From the NCBI RefSeq assembly GCF_036321535.1, contig NC_087437.1:33668001-33732000 (forward strand): a DNA stretch of 64,000 nucleotides. The letters run 5' to 3'. The notes under the pieces were generated by a model. It was not told the DNA's origin, searched no databases, and saw only the letters and a program-made list of their open reading frames with translations. A program made the position numbers and the translations under genes. The DNA comes from Camelus dromedarius. Lineage: Eukaryota. Positions 35,953 to 49,100 of this stretch are shown here, one piece after another. The stretch's first letter is position 1, and each line of letters starts with the position of its first letter.

Positions 35953-37004
35953 TGGTCATCTTTTTAAACTACAGCTGGCAGTTAGAACCTGAGGTGCATG
36001 CAGTTAAGAAGTTCAGGGAATCTGACATTGGAAATGTTTAATTTATTTAGATGAGCTAAGATTCATTAGGTGTGAAACGTAATGAAGTGTCTGTATACCG
36101 TGCCATGTTACTCTCCTCTACGTGCCTGAGAAGATCTGTGTGATTCTGAGCGTAGTAGCACCACATGGTGTCTGCAGCGATGTCTCAGACAGCACGGGCA
36201 AGGGCTGGCGTTGATAACGGAGTGGATGACAGGGGAGGGGGTGGATGCCTCCGTGGCTCCATTTGTTCCTTCATTTCTTTGCAGTTCTCCTCAGTGAGTG
36301 CTCTTAAGTGTTGGCTTTCACGGGAGAGACAATACTGTTTAGTCACAGAGTTTCTGTAAGTTCTGACCTTGCCTGTCCAGCTGGTCAGAGCAGGGTAACC
36401 CTGCATAAATGAAAAGAGCCAGGTTTGAGGTATAGTTCCTAACACAGATGCATTAAAAAGAGGAGAATTTGCCCCCAGTTTTGTTTCCATGTCCCTTCCG
36501 TGCGCTTGGAAGGAAGAAGGAATTGATGAGACTCGTTGTGTATGCAGGTAAGCACAGTTAGTGTTGAGCTGAGTCTAGCAGAAGCTGAAAGAGCTCATCT
36601 GGCACAGCTAAGTAATTAGACTTCCCATTTCTTGAGTTTTGCAAGAAAAAAAATGTCTTCAGTGGAAAGTGTCTTTAAACTCATTTTCCTCAGACAGAGA
36701 CTTTCTCAGCCCAACCTCAGGCTTGGTCCTTTGCGGACCACATTGAAAATGAAGGTGGAGATCAGTGCCGTCACGGGGGTAGCAGCGCCGTCACAGGACA
36801 GGTAATTTGCCTGCTCTGCGAGGATGGGGTGACTGCTTGAGGAAGAGAGAGCCTGGCTGATGCTATATTTTTGGCTGGAATCGAAATCCAGCAAAATGTG
36901 TGTCCAGATCAAATGCAAGAACCAGGGCAGGGATGAAAGCATCTGTTTCCATTTCTCTCAAATGATTGGAAATATCTAGAAAACAGTGAGCAGGTCTTCC
37001 ATAT

Positions 37005-37235
37005 CCTGGCTAATACCTGGTTTCTGGAGACAGACAGCCTGGATTCAGTTCTGACGCTGCCCCTTAGTCTCTGTGTAAATTAACTTCATCCTTCTCTGTC
37101 TCCGTTTCTCCATCTGTAAAATGAGGAAAATAACAGTACCTAACTCATCGGGCTGTTGTAAAGAAGAAAATAAATAGATATATGTAAGTCACAAAAGAAC
37201 AGTGACTGGTGCACCATAAGCATTATAAAGCTATT
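37005..37235 (+). mobile_element. MIR SINE
   Basis: GACAGCCTGGATTCAG...CCGTTTCTCCATCTGTAAAATGAGGAAAATAACAGTACCTAACTCA. Confidence 0.85.
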
Positions 37236-37439
37236 TTTTAATGATGATTAATAATTATTGCCAAGAATAATGACATGCACAGAGTAGATGCTGAATAAAC
37301 ATTTGCTATTTGAACTGAACCCCAAGACTGAAAATTAGAGCAGGAGCTGGGAGGAGAGGTTACAAGTTCATCCTCACTCTTCCCCCCACCAGCATAAGTT
37401 CCTCCACTCCCCATGCTCATAACAGTTACAGCACTTCTC

Positions 37440-37745
37440 TGTTCCAGCACTTTTCACACTGAGTCCCAATTGTGGTCCATATCTGCCTCCCCCACTTGAA
37501 CTGCCAGCATATTAAGGACAGAGTGCACATCTTATTTATCCCTTTATTACCAGCATCTATGTTAGGGCCTGGCTTATCCTAGGGATGCATAATGAATATT
37601 TGTGGAGAGAGTGATTAATTAATTAAAATTAATCAGCAAATACTTGTTAAAATGTACTTTCTGCCAGGCACATTGCAAGGTACAGGAATACAGCAATGAC
37701 CAAGACAGACACTGTCCTTACTCTAATGGAGTTCACCATCTAGTG
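37440..37745. mobile_element. Two L2 3' fragments in opposite orientation (tail to tail)
   Basis: Plus-strand L2 end to ~37615, then the reverse form CAGCAAATACTTG...CTGCCAGGCAC...ATGGAGTTCACCATCTAGTGG. Confidence 0.65.
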
Positions 37746-37829
37746 GAGCTATTTTCAGAATCCTGGTTCCCTCCAAGACACTGGGAGAGAGGAAAGAAAG
37801 ACAGGTAATAATGTCTGCTGATTCCTGCT

Positions 37830-38320
37830 CCACATCAGTCCACATGCACTAGACTGCAGATATTGGGAAACCCCAACACTGGCTTAAAACTTAAGGACAC
37901 ATACTATTCAAGTAATAAAAAGTCTAGAGTTAGATGGTTCTGAAGATGGTTCACTAGTTTCCTGAAGGCAGGGTGATGGGTTAGTGTGCCAGCAATTCTA
38001 TTGGCCTTCCCCGTAAGGTAACAAAATGGCTACCAAAGTTCCAGCCATCATATCCTCACACCATCATCTCCAAAAGCAAGAAGGAGAGGGTTTCCATGTG
38101 GCTCTCTCCTTTTAACAGGGAGAGATTATCTTTCCCCGTACCTCTTCATCAGATTTCCCCTTACATATCATTGTCCAGGATGCTGGGGTCACATGGCATC
38201 CCTACCTTCCAGGGAGGCTGTGGAATTGAGGTTCTAGTTTGTGCAGCTTTTATAAAGGGAAGTAGCAGAGGAAAAGGAGGTTGAGAATGGCTTTTCAGTG
38301 GTCAACCAACAGTGTCTGAC
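37830..38320 (-). mobile_element. Old MLT1 (J/K-like) LTR
   Basis: ACACTGGCTTAAA...CAAAATGGCTACCAAAGTTCCAGCCATCATATCCTCACAC...CAGATTTCCCCTTACATATCATTG. Confidence 0.7.
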
Positions 38321-38771
38321 ACTCTCAGACTGCCCCTGCTCTTTTCCTTTCCCTTAACCTTGAGAAGAAAGTATGAACAGGCATTCTTTGATACTCTGTC
38401 CCCTAACTCTATCCTGTCCTCCACCTGTAAAATGAGGCGATAGAGTGGATGGTCCTAAAGAGTTCATCCAACTTTGCTTTTCTAGAATTAGCTAATCTAT
38501 GACCGTGTATGGATAGGCCTGATCACAACCAGCTTGCGCTTGTGTGTGGAATTACTATGCACCAGGGACTGTGCACACATTCTTGCATTAGAACTGAATA
38601 TTTGGAGTCAAAAGGTCTGGGTTTTAGTTGTAGCCTTGGGTGTTGCCAAGTCACATGTCTTCTCCAAATTTCAGAGTTCTCATAATTTAAATAGTGATAA
38701 TTACACCCAGCAAGATTGCTATGAGGGTTAAATGAAACGTTCAGTATAATTTGCATTTTCCTTGTTTACCT

Positions 38772-39788
38772 CTTTTTTAATAAAACAGATGTATTGAGGT
38801 ATAATTGAGACACAAAAATTGTACATATTTAATGTGTACAGTTTGACACCCATGATGCCACCAGTATCAAGATAGTGTACAAATCCAACACCTCTCAGAG
38901 TTTCCTTAAGTCTCTTCTTCTTTTGCCTGTGGTAAGAACACTTAACCCGAGACCTACTCTTGAAACAAATTTTGAAGTGTCCAATACTGTATTGCTAACT
39001 ACAGGCACTATGTTGTACAGCAGGTCTCTAGAATTTATTCATCTAGCATAACTAAAATTTTATACCCGATGAATAACCCCCAACCCCAGTCCTGTCAACC
39101 ACCAGCCTATTCTGTTTTTACCAGTTTGACTATTTAGATACCTCATGTAGGTGGAATCATTCAGTATTTGTCCTGTGATTGGCTTGTTTTACTTGTCCAT
39201 GTCCTTGAAGTTCATCCACATTGTCACAAATGGCAAGATTTCCTTTTTTTTAAGGAAATAATATCTCACTGTGTGTATCTACCATATTTTCTTTATTTTT
39301 TCATCTGACAATAGAACTCCTACAACTCAATAGCGAAAAAATAATAATAATCTGATTAAAAATTGGGCAAATGACTTGAACATGTATTTCTCCAAAGAAG
39401 ACATACAAATGGCCAACAGGTATATGAAAAGATGCTCATCAGGGAAATGTAAATCAAAACTGTGAGATATCACTTCATACCTATTAGGATGGCCATTATT
39501 TAAAAACAAAAGATAAGTGTTGGTAGGGTTGTGGAGAAAAGGGAACCCTTGTACACCGTTGATAAGAATGCAAATTGGTTCAGTCACTATGGAAAACAAT
39601 CTGAAGATTCCTCAAAAAATTAAAAATAGAACTACCATATGAGCGAGCAATCCCACTTCTGGGGATAAATCCAAAAGAATTGAAACCAGAGTCTCAGAGA
39701 TGTTGTCACTGCCGTGTTCACTGCAGCACTGTCCGCAATAGCCAAGATACAGAAACAACCCAGGTGTCCACTGACAGATGAATGGATG
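38772..39788 (-). mobile_element. L1 with 5' inversion (twin priming)
   Basis: 38772-~39312 is L1 3' UTR on the minus strand; ~39313-39788 is the adjacent upstream ORF2 end on the plus strand. Confidence 0.88.
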
Positions 39789-40714
39789 GTATCACCACTT
39801 TACACAACTCTGCTACCAAAACAATCAGAAGACTAGCACCCTCAAAACAAGCCCCACACCTTCCCCCTGCACCTGTAGTGACGAATGCCATTCCCACTCC
39901 CACCCTGGGGAACATTGAGATCATTGCCATCATAGTGGTCAGTTTTCTGACTACATGCGTAGCACGTGAGCTCTTGTTTTAGCATGTTCCCTTACACTTC
40001 GGAGATCTTCAAGATGATTAAATGCAAGCGGAGAAAGGCAGGTGAAGAACTTTGCCATAGGCACTTCGCAATTTCAAGGTTCATTCATAACAGAAGGTAC
40101 ATTATTTTAAACATTATGCATGTAAATGCTGTCTGGATCTTGCTAAATATTTGAAACATGCTAATAAGAAGGCCGTGTTTGTGTTCAGTTGCGCTCACGG
40201 AAATGCCACACTTTACACAATGCCATCTTCCCAGACCGAACGCGGGCCGCTCCTCACACCAAGCGGATGCAAGTTTCTCTCACAGCAGGCTCAAAAATCC
40301 TTGGAGATATGTGAGGGGAGGTGGAAGTGTAATAATTCTCCAGCTCTAACTCAGTTTCTTTAAGAGACAAGTTTATTGAATCATATCACCCAGCAGGAGA
40401 TGCAGACAGCCAGGCCAAATGGAAGAAGAGCACATTAGTCCTGTGTGCATGATAAAAACCACCTAAGCGCATGTCTCCACTGATGGACTCTGACAGCCCA
40501 GCCTGGAAGCTTCAGCTGGAAAATAATAGAGACAGGAAAGCTGCTAAAAATGCTCCACAGGTGTGGTCACCTTAAGTAACCCCTCAATAATATAAGAGAT
40601 TCAGTCAGCACTGGTATCCAAATAATAGTGCTGGAATTTTCCACACATCCATGCACATTCTCACACATAATTCCTTTAACCTTTTCCAATCTTTTCAGAT
40701 AAACTGTGCGTGGA

Positions 40715-40915
40715 GAAGTAGTGGCATACACATTGCAGTCAAGCAGACCTGGGCTCAGATCCCTTCAGCACGACCCGAGTGATACTTCCCTGCACGGCAG
40801 TTTTCTCATCTGTAAAATGAGAATAGCTGCCTCACCAGGTTGACTTGAGGATTAAGGGAAGCAGTCCCTGGAGAGATTGTAGCAGACAATCTGCCTCCAT
40901 CCTAAGTGATCGATA
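40715..40915 (+). mobile_element. MIR SINE
   Basis: AGACCTGGGCTCAGATCCC...CAGTTTTCTCATCTGTAAAATGAGAATA...TGAGGATTAA. Confidence 0.75.
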
Positions 40916-42227
40916 ACCATTCTCTTCCTTTTCCTTGTCAGGGGGACTAGAGGAGCTTGGTACCTTCTCTTGGCTGTGCTTTCTTTTTCCACATATTAAT
41001 GGCAGAGCTAATAAACACTCCAGTTATTTTATTGGGCCTTCAGTTTGGAGGCTAGCATCTGTTTCGACCATGTTCTAGAAGATAAAGAATGATGGGAACT
41101 CAAGGTTACCTGAAAGGTATTTGCAAAAGGAATGCAATCCTGAGAGGGCAAGTGGCACATTCATGGTGTGAGCAGTAGGGCTTATGCCCCAGATACAGTG
41201 GAATGAGGTGTTCTCTGTCTGGATGTCAGTTTGCCTCCTGGTCAGTGCATATGACATGTGCCAGGAGTCTTATGGGGCCATCTGTCTCAAGGATCCTTTA
41301 TTTTTGAAGCATTTCTAAGGGGCTGTGATGTGAAATGATCCGTGGCGAGCATGACCAATTCCCACCAGTTCTTAGCTTTGAATTACATATATCCAATTAC
41401 TGATTGGATTAGTCAATTGATTAGTAATGGAAATACTGTTTATTCTTTTCCACTCCCATCTCCTGCAGCCCTTTGCTAACTCCATCCTATAATTTATGAG
41501 ACTCCAAAATCCAAGCTCCTTTGTATGTAGTCTTCCCTTACGAAGTTCTTACTCTTCTCTTGAGGCGTCGTCACTGCTAGCTCAGATACCCGATAGTTTC
41601 CAGGCACATTAGCTATTTGAAGAGCCCTAAGAATGCCGTGTAATCGTGCATCTACATGCCTTTGAATATGTTCTGTCTTTACCCAGAATTAGCCTTTCCT
41701 TCTCTGTCTATCTGGCTAAATCCTCCTGTGATCATCCTCAATTATATAAAGGTTTCTCCTGTAGGAGTCTTTCCTGTCTTCTTCTTTACTGACATGTCAT
41801 CCTGGCCGGTGGCTGCCTCAGGACTTCTTCTGTGAATTATAGATTTTCATTTCACTCTAGACTCTGAGGCCCTTCATGTCAGGAACTGTGACTTCAATTC
41901 CCTTGTCTCCACTGCTTCATTTGGTTCCTGGCCTATCACAAATCGTCAGTAAATGTGAGAAAAAGGAATGGAAGAGTGAAGAAGGAAGATTAATCCCCAT
42001 TTGTCTTTCAAAAGCCTACTTCTTGTGAAGGGAATCCACAGTCGTTCTCTTGCCCATCCTTAGCTAAAGGGCCATAGCCTGAATTCTTGCTCAGAGAAAG
42101 CCCCTAGTGGGGAGTATTTTGGGTACCAAAATTAGTTTTATGAGAGCAGATTTATATTTAAAGATGAGACCAAGTTTCTGATACTGGAATCATGGACTCT
42201 TTGAGAAGGAAAGATGCTGGGGAGAAG

Positions 42228-42470
42228 TAATACAGGATCAGCATTAAGAACACCAATCATGGAGCCAGACAGCCTTGGCTCATACCTCAGCTCTGCCACC
42301 TACAATCTTTATGAACTTGAGCAAATTGCTCAATCGCTCAGTTTCTCAAACTATAAGGTGGGTTTAATAATAGCGCTTTATAGGAGTTGTTGCGAGGATC
42401 AAATGCTTTGATGTATGTAAAGTGCTTAGAAAAGAGCCTGGCACATGGTAGGTGCTATGTAAGTGTTTGT
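42228..42470 (+). mobile_element. MIR SINE
   Basis: TGGAGCCAGACAGCCTTGGCTC...CAGCTCTGCCAC...GTAAAGTGCTTAGAAAAGAGCCTGGCACATGGTAGGTGCT. Confidence 0.9.
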
Positions 42471-43612
42471 TCTCATTCACAATTGTCTAGACTGGGATTT
42501 TCCTAAATATTTAGCTGCAGTCTTTTGTTTTGCAATTTTACATAGAAGCCCATACATATAACTTATAAATGCAGAGTTGTCTTGCCGAGATGGGAAGAGG
42601 AGGCTAGGGTGAAGTCTAGAGCTGCCCTTTGCCTACTCCTCAGGGATTCTTTGGAACCTTAGGGCCATAGAGAAACCTAGTAGAGAAACTCTGCTCACAT
42701 CCCAAAGCCCCTCATTTTCTGGAAGGAAGATCAAGGCCCCACAGGAGCACCTGACTGAGCTGCAGGGACCCTTTTGGGACCCAGGTCACCTGGTCCTCAA
42801 TTCAGAGCCCTCTCCCTCCACCTTGTGGCCCCTCCAAAGGACTGAGAATTAGGATAGAAGGAGCTGGCTTCCACTCCTTTTCCTGAAGTCATTTTTGAGT
42901 AATTTTGCTCCGTGATGCAATTGCAACCCCCTGTCTTCTGCCCAGCGGAAGAAGTCTGCTGTGCCTCTGCAGACTCTGTCTTAGAGTCTGAAGAAAGGGA
43001 GACAACAAAGGAAGAGGTGATTTTATCGTGCAATTTGCCATGCCCATTCAGAACTGGAATTCACTCTTACTTTTGCCAATATCTTAAGAATTTCCTCACC
43101 TTTAATTCATCATGTTGTCCTGAAACAGATAGGCTATAGCTATATTGGATACAAATAACACTGAGTAATTAAAGCAGAAAATGTATCTTATCACATAGAT
43201 AGACACACATGTAAATCAAGCCAGCCTTTCCTGCGGTCTCCATTGCTCACTGGGTTGACTCAGCAGAGATGTTTGAAGCAGGTTAGCATCCTCATTCAAC
43301 TCAATGGCTCCTTTACTAGTAACTAAAGTTCACTTTGATGGAGAAAATGATGTATCTTTGGTTTTTAGAGCACAGCTTTCTGGTCGAGGAACACACTGTA
43401 GAGCTATGTAGGCTGTCTTCTCAAGAGACAGGATTGTTATCTTTATATGGCTGGGTCCAGAGAACCATAATCACCCTGGTTGTAAGGTAGGAACTTTTGG
43501 CTTTCTTGTTACACATGATATCATGTGGAGTGGTTACAGATAGCCAGTCTTTCTCAATGGTTTTTATTTTTTAATTTTGCTAGACTCTGACCAGAAGAGA
43601 GGTCTTGAAACA

Positions 43613-43682
43613 ACACACACACACACACACATGCATGCACGCACGCATACACACACACATATGTGCATGTGTACCCACGTGT
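43613..43682. repeat. (CA)n-based alternating purine-pyrimidine microsatellite
   Basis: ACACACAC...ATGCATGCACGCACGCATACACACACACATATGTGCATGTGT. Confidence 0.9.
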
Positions 43683-44194
43683 TATTGTAATTCCTTGGAA
43701 TATGTGCTACTCATTACACGTAAATGACTCTACATGTTTCATTTTTGGACTGTTTGTTTTTATCAGCATGCTAGAGGTAACTCAAACATGTTGGGTTATT
43801 CTTGTAACAAATATTTGCTGAGTACCTAGTGATGATGACTGCTGTCTCCAGGCTTTCTTCTGCCTTCTCAGCCATCCCGTAAAGTAGGCAGTGTTAGTCC
43901 CATTTTATACCTGAGCCAATGTACAAAGCTCAGGTAACTTGCACAAAGCCAAGGAATTTCTTGGGTGTCAGAGCTGGGATTGGAACCCAGGTCTGTGAGA
44001 CTTCAATGAATGGTGGGCAAGAATTCTCAAGGGGGAGAAAGATGGTCCAGTAAGAAAGAGCATGGATGACTGTGTGTCTATGTATTGTGTCCAGGGAGTG
44101 GTGATTAGGCTGGTGTGGCCAAAGTGTGGTGTGAAAATGGAGGAATAAGCAGGAACTGAGATTATGAGTCTTTATCTTTAAGGCAGTGGTGAGC

Positions 44195-44600
44195 TGTGTC
44201 AGCCAGAGTTTCTTGCTTGTAAGCAACAGAAACATACTCTATGTTAGGCTAAAGTAAACTCACAGGAAGTGCACTGGGATTGCAACGTCTATGGGGAGGC
44301 TGAAGAACCAACCTTGGTAGGAATCGCTTGTAGAAGAGTCGCTCCAGAGGCCCAGGAGGGAGAAATACCAGGAACGGTGCCCCCGCAGGAAGAGTCTGGT
44401 TGGGTTATGGGAGCTCCACCCATCGTTTCTGTCCTTCATCTCAGGTCAAAAATGCAGAGTCTAGAAGGATAAGAGCAACTGGCGAGCTTAGGTGCCCCAT
44501 CCTCCCTGGGTCTGAGAGGAAATGACCTTGGGAAGAGCATCCAGAGGCCTTTTCAGCTTTTCACACAAACGGGAAGAGTGCTTGCCTGAAAAGAAAAGGG
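44195..44600 (-). mobile_element. Old MLT1 LTR remnant
   Basis: TGTGTCAGCCAGAGTTTCTTGCTTGTAAGCAACAGAAACATACTCT is a typical reverse MLT1 terminus. Confidence 0.6.
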
Positions 44601-45702
44601 AGGGGCTCTGCTGGGGGGTGGGGTATGACTGCAGGTAGATTTCTTGGAATTCCTCCATATGCTCTCAGTGATTTCAGAGCAGGGCAGTCACATGGTCAGA
44701 TCCATGAGCAGGGTGCCATGACAGCATGGCGGGTGGCTTAGAGAAGTCTGGGGAGGCCACTGGTCTGCCTGAGAGGCTGTTGCTTTGGTCCAGGTGAGAA
44801 GCGCTGCCTTCAGAGTGGGTGCAGAGACGGGTAGAGATGAGGCTCAAACTCACAGGGTGGTAGGAGTAGCACTCCACTGCCATGGTTATCTGTCGTATTC
44901 CCCACTTGGGCAGTATTACATTCATTTGATGAGAATATTATTGATCTAATGAGGGATTAACCCAAGGCTTATGATTTTATAAATGAGAAAATAACACACA
45001 CTTCAGGGAGACTTAGCTGTTACATTAACAATTAATAGGAAATCCTGACAAAGCCAAGGCTTGGAAGTCACGCTTATCATGAATAATATAGAGCTGGGAG
45101 AGTTGGTCTGAGCCCAAATACATTCAGAGTCATTTTCCATAAACCTGCCACCTCTGGTTTGAAAATATTTCATGTGTGAGACTGCGATTTTCTCTGACAG
45201 GCTAGGATAGGAAGAAGAGGAAGTTGGAAAAGTAAATTGCTCTTTTTGTAATGGTAAAAATGTCATTACTGTGAAGAACATTAATCTTTCTGGTCAGGTA
45301 TTAGATTTTGAGCTGAGATAAGATTCTGGCTCTGTGAGCCTCAGTGTTAGAGCCCAGCATGTTTGAGAACGCCCGAATCTCTGATAACTGGTTTTATTTT
45401 ATTATCCAAACAGTAATAAGTGTATTTTTTAAGGCACTCACTGCAGCCAATCACTTTTCCCAGCACTAAAAACAGCAGTAATTTCAAGGTGAAGTCACTT
45501 TGGCCACAGCCCAGCTGGCTCTAAGTTTCAGTGAACTGATTCTAACAGCCCTGCAGCATCTCGTTTCCTCTGGACAAGTCCTACCTTGTAGGATCTTCTG
45601 GGGATGATGAGGCCAGTTTCTGTGTTGGTCAGTTTGAGTCACTGTGTTCCATATTCGAATCCCAAATCTGATTACCAGAGGACTGTGGGGAGAGGATAGA
45701 AA

Positions 45703-46135
45703 TTGTCTTGGTTTGGGTCCCCCAACTGCAGACCCTAAGATTTTGGGAGCGCTTTGTTTCTTTAGGAAGCACTGAGTTGGTGAAGTGGGTCGTCAGGGAG
45801 GAAAGGCAATGACAGGAGTGTTAGTGACAGGACAGCTGTCGACTAAGGTAGCTCAGTCCCGGTGAGGACTCTCAGGGTACAGTGTGGGACACACATCAGA
45901 AGTGTCCTGCCCAGGGGAGAGGAAGCCAGGGCATTTATCCACCTAATCCTCGCTTGTTGAAGGAAATACCTGGGGTGCTAAATCCCCAGTACTTTGAGTC
46001 TGCCCAACCCCCATCCCAGTGCAGGCCACACACGCCCTTGCAGGCTGAGAACGTTCCCAAGAAGCCATTTGCACACACAAGAACCATCTGCAGGCAACCT
46101 CCACAGCAGGCCCAGAAGATGCAAATAGCAGCTGA
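45703..46135. mobile_element. ERVL/MaLR-class LTR remnant
   Basis: TGTCTTGGTTTGGGTCCCCCAACTGCAGACCCTAAGA...GGAAGCCAGGGCATTTATCCACC. Confidence 0.5.
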
Positions 46136-49100
46136 TACAAAGTGGACTAGAAGAAATTAATTGCTGTGCCTGAAAAAAAAATGCCTAAAAAAAATGGGGC
46201 AATGAGTATCCTTAAAGAACTTCCCATCATGTTGAATGAGGTGGATTGATTTCTTCTCTGAGTGAGGCAGAGTAGATATTCAGCCATGGATCACACTTGA
46301 AAGCACTTACAATTTAGTAAAGGAGTTAGGATGTATTTACAAGTAAGTCTAACACAAGAGACAAAGTGATGGGAAATCTAACAAGTTATATACAGAGAGT
46401 GAGATGTGGGAGGGATAATCTCTAGGAAGGAGGGGAAAGACTCAAGAAAGACTTCTTGGAGAAGGCAGCACTTGGCTTTTATCCTCAGAGGACATTCCCT
46501 GCATAGGAAACAGAATCATCACAGACATGTGATGAAAAGAAAGGGACAAGGTTCAGGTCAATGTAGCCTAGCCTTAGGGGAGTGAAGGCGAACAGTTGGA
46601 GGAAGATTGGAAAGTTCTGTTGGGCCCAAATTGGGACGAGTCTTAAATACCAGGCTCAGGATGTTGCCCTTTGCCCTTGAAACTGGTGTACCAGGCACAA
46701 GGGATGTGCCGTCAACTCTTGTGAGTGTGCTACCACGTCTTTTATTAAAATTTAAATTTATTTTTGCTGAAGCAGACACACAAACACCATGCATTCCGTC
46801 ATCGTGGTGTTTTTCAGGTAAGCCTCGTGGGTCATGTGTCACGTGTGCAGCTTGTAAGGAGCATGGAGAGAGAAGTGGAACCGAGTGACAAGACAATGTT
46901 TCCTGCAAGAGGGAGAATGCTGCCTAGTGTGCATATAAACAAGCAGACAGTGCAGCAGGCAGATTTCAAACACCACCTCCAATGCGAAAGGCAATCAGAG
47001 AAATAGTTCAGTGACAGTGGACATAATCCACTCTACTTTCAACTGGACACATGCCCCTTTCTTAATTTTAATACTTAGAAGTGTGCCAAGAAATCCCCCC
47101 CAAAAGGGTTGTTACTTCTCTTAAGGCAATGGGGAATCGTTTCAAGGTTTTTCCTGAGTAGAATAACATGTCTACCCTTGGCTGTTGTTAAGAGCATGTG
47201 CTGTGACTTGGGTCCTCCATGGGTCTTCATGGGTGAGGGGTTTTCTGTGCACACAAATATGTGTTGAAGCCATCTGCCATACGCTTATGCATGTGGCAAA
47301 GAAGAAAACTGAATTGGATATTCTCGGACTAGAAACAGAGCTCTCTTTGGTATGGGTAGAGAAGACAGAATCCAGACTCTTTACGCCAACACTCATCAAT
47401 ATGCATTGGGTAACTGTGTCCTGGACTCCCACTTTACACAAGGGTCTCGGTTATGTGTTGAATCATAAAGACACATAATACTCTATGGTCTTAAGAAGCT
47501 ACTCATCTTCGTCTCAGTCTGCTTATCCATAAAGTTGGAGATTAAAAGAGCTGTCTTGCAGAATTGTGAGGATTGAATGATACAATTTATTAAAGTCTCT
47601 TGCCCTTAGTAGGCCTTAGTAGATGAGAAATCTTAGGTATTTTATCACTCAGGTACCCTCAGGAGCATATTTTGAAAGTTATTCAAGGCAAATCTAGGAA
47701 TTCTAGGTGAAATCAGACTATTTCTTCAGTAAGCTATGGTCTTCTATATAAAGTTCCTGACACATTACAGTTTGTATCTGTTAACTTTGGGTGTAGTTCT
47801 TATGGAAAATGTAATACATATCTATATATATATATTCTTAATTGGCACCATGAAACTGAAATTTATGAGAATTAGTATACTGTTCAGTGTTTCAGTTCCT
47901 CTTACTGGAGCATGGTATGTTACCTCAGGTACTTACTCTTGTTTATCATCCATTCTACAACCATCTTTTGAGCATATACTATAAGTGCTAAATAGGAAGT
48001 AGACATGAGAAAGTGCAATTTCTTTAAGTATCTTACAGTCTATATGTAAAGACAAAGTGTGTGTGTATATATATATATAATGTTACTTATACAATGCACA
48101 TATAAACTATGCCAAACATTTGAGTAATGCTACCAGACAGTACAGATTAAGAACAAAGACAAACTGTGTAATAGTGAATATTGTAATTGTTTGTAAGAGG
48201 AAATGGTGAAGAATGTTTTATGGAGGACATAGGGCTTAACTTGGCCTTGAAGAATGGCCAGGAGATCATCATTTAGGGAGGAGCAGGATCCTGGCTTCTA
48301 TATGAATAAGTAGGACAGCGAGGAAGTCAAGCCAGAGAAGAGGGTTGTGTTAGGAATTAATGGGAAGTAGGCAATAAAAATAGCAGGACTTGGGCTGCAG
48401 AACGATTTCAGTGCCAGACCAAGTAATCTGATCCGTAGATCCAGATCATAAACCAAAATGTCTTCAGGAGCCAGTCAAAGTTTCAGGTGGCCAAGGGTGG
48501 AAAAATAAGAGAATGGTGTAGACTATGGGAGAGCTGGAGAATATGAAAGTCTTCAGATATTAAAATATTTGAAACACTGGGCTCCTCAAACAAAACCTAT
48601 CTCTAGGTCAAATTCTGTCAGCTGGACCATGGTGTTTACCCATGTTATTGGGGCTACCCATTGCCATGGCCCATGATGGGCAGACACTATCAAACCAACA
48701 AATCACTATTTCTTAGTAAGCCTAGATGAACCCTCGGAATCCTTCTCAACACAGTCAGTCATGAGTAGTATTTCTATATTGATTTTTCTCCCACCCTGTT
48801 CTCCAGTCTCGATAAGATCATCACAACATTTACCTTGCATATATTTGTAAAAACACATTAATTTATGAATGAAGGGAGTGGTATTTATTGTATAAATTTG
48901 TACTTTCATGGTACCTCTCCCTGTAACCTCCAAATGTCCACACTCAGACATTTTTTCTTTTCAAATATGTATCTCTTTTGCAAAACTAGGGCCTTGGAGT
49001 TACACTGCCCTTAAGGGAATCAAGGTCTCATGGTTCTTTTGAAACCAGGAGCTTAGGGATCCACACAGGGGTAGGAAGGAAAATAGGCAAGGTTATTTAG

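Larger units (their letters stand above)
35005..35975 (-). mobile_element. MLT1-type MaLR LTR interrupted near its end by an L1
   Basis: TATCTATTTTTACATAACAAG...GCTTAAAACAATAAA...CACAGTTTCTGTGGATCAGGAA...GGCCTAGACTTGGAAGTCA. Confidence 0.8.
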
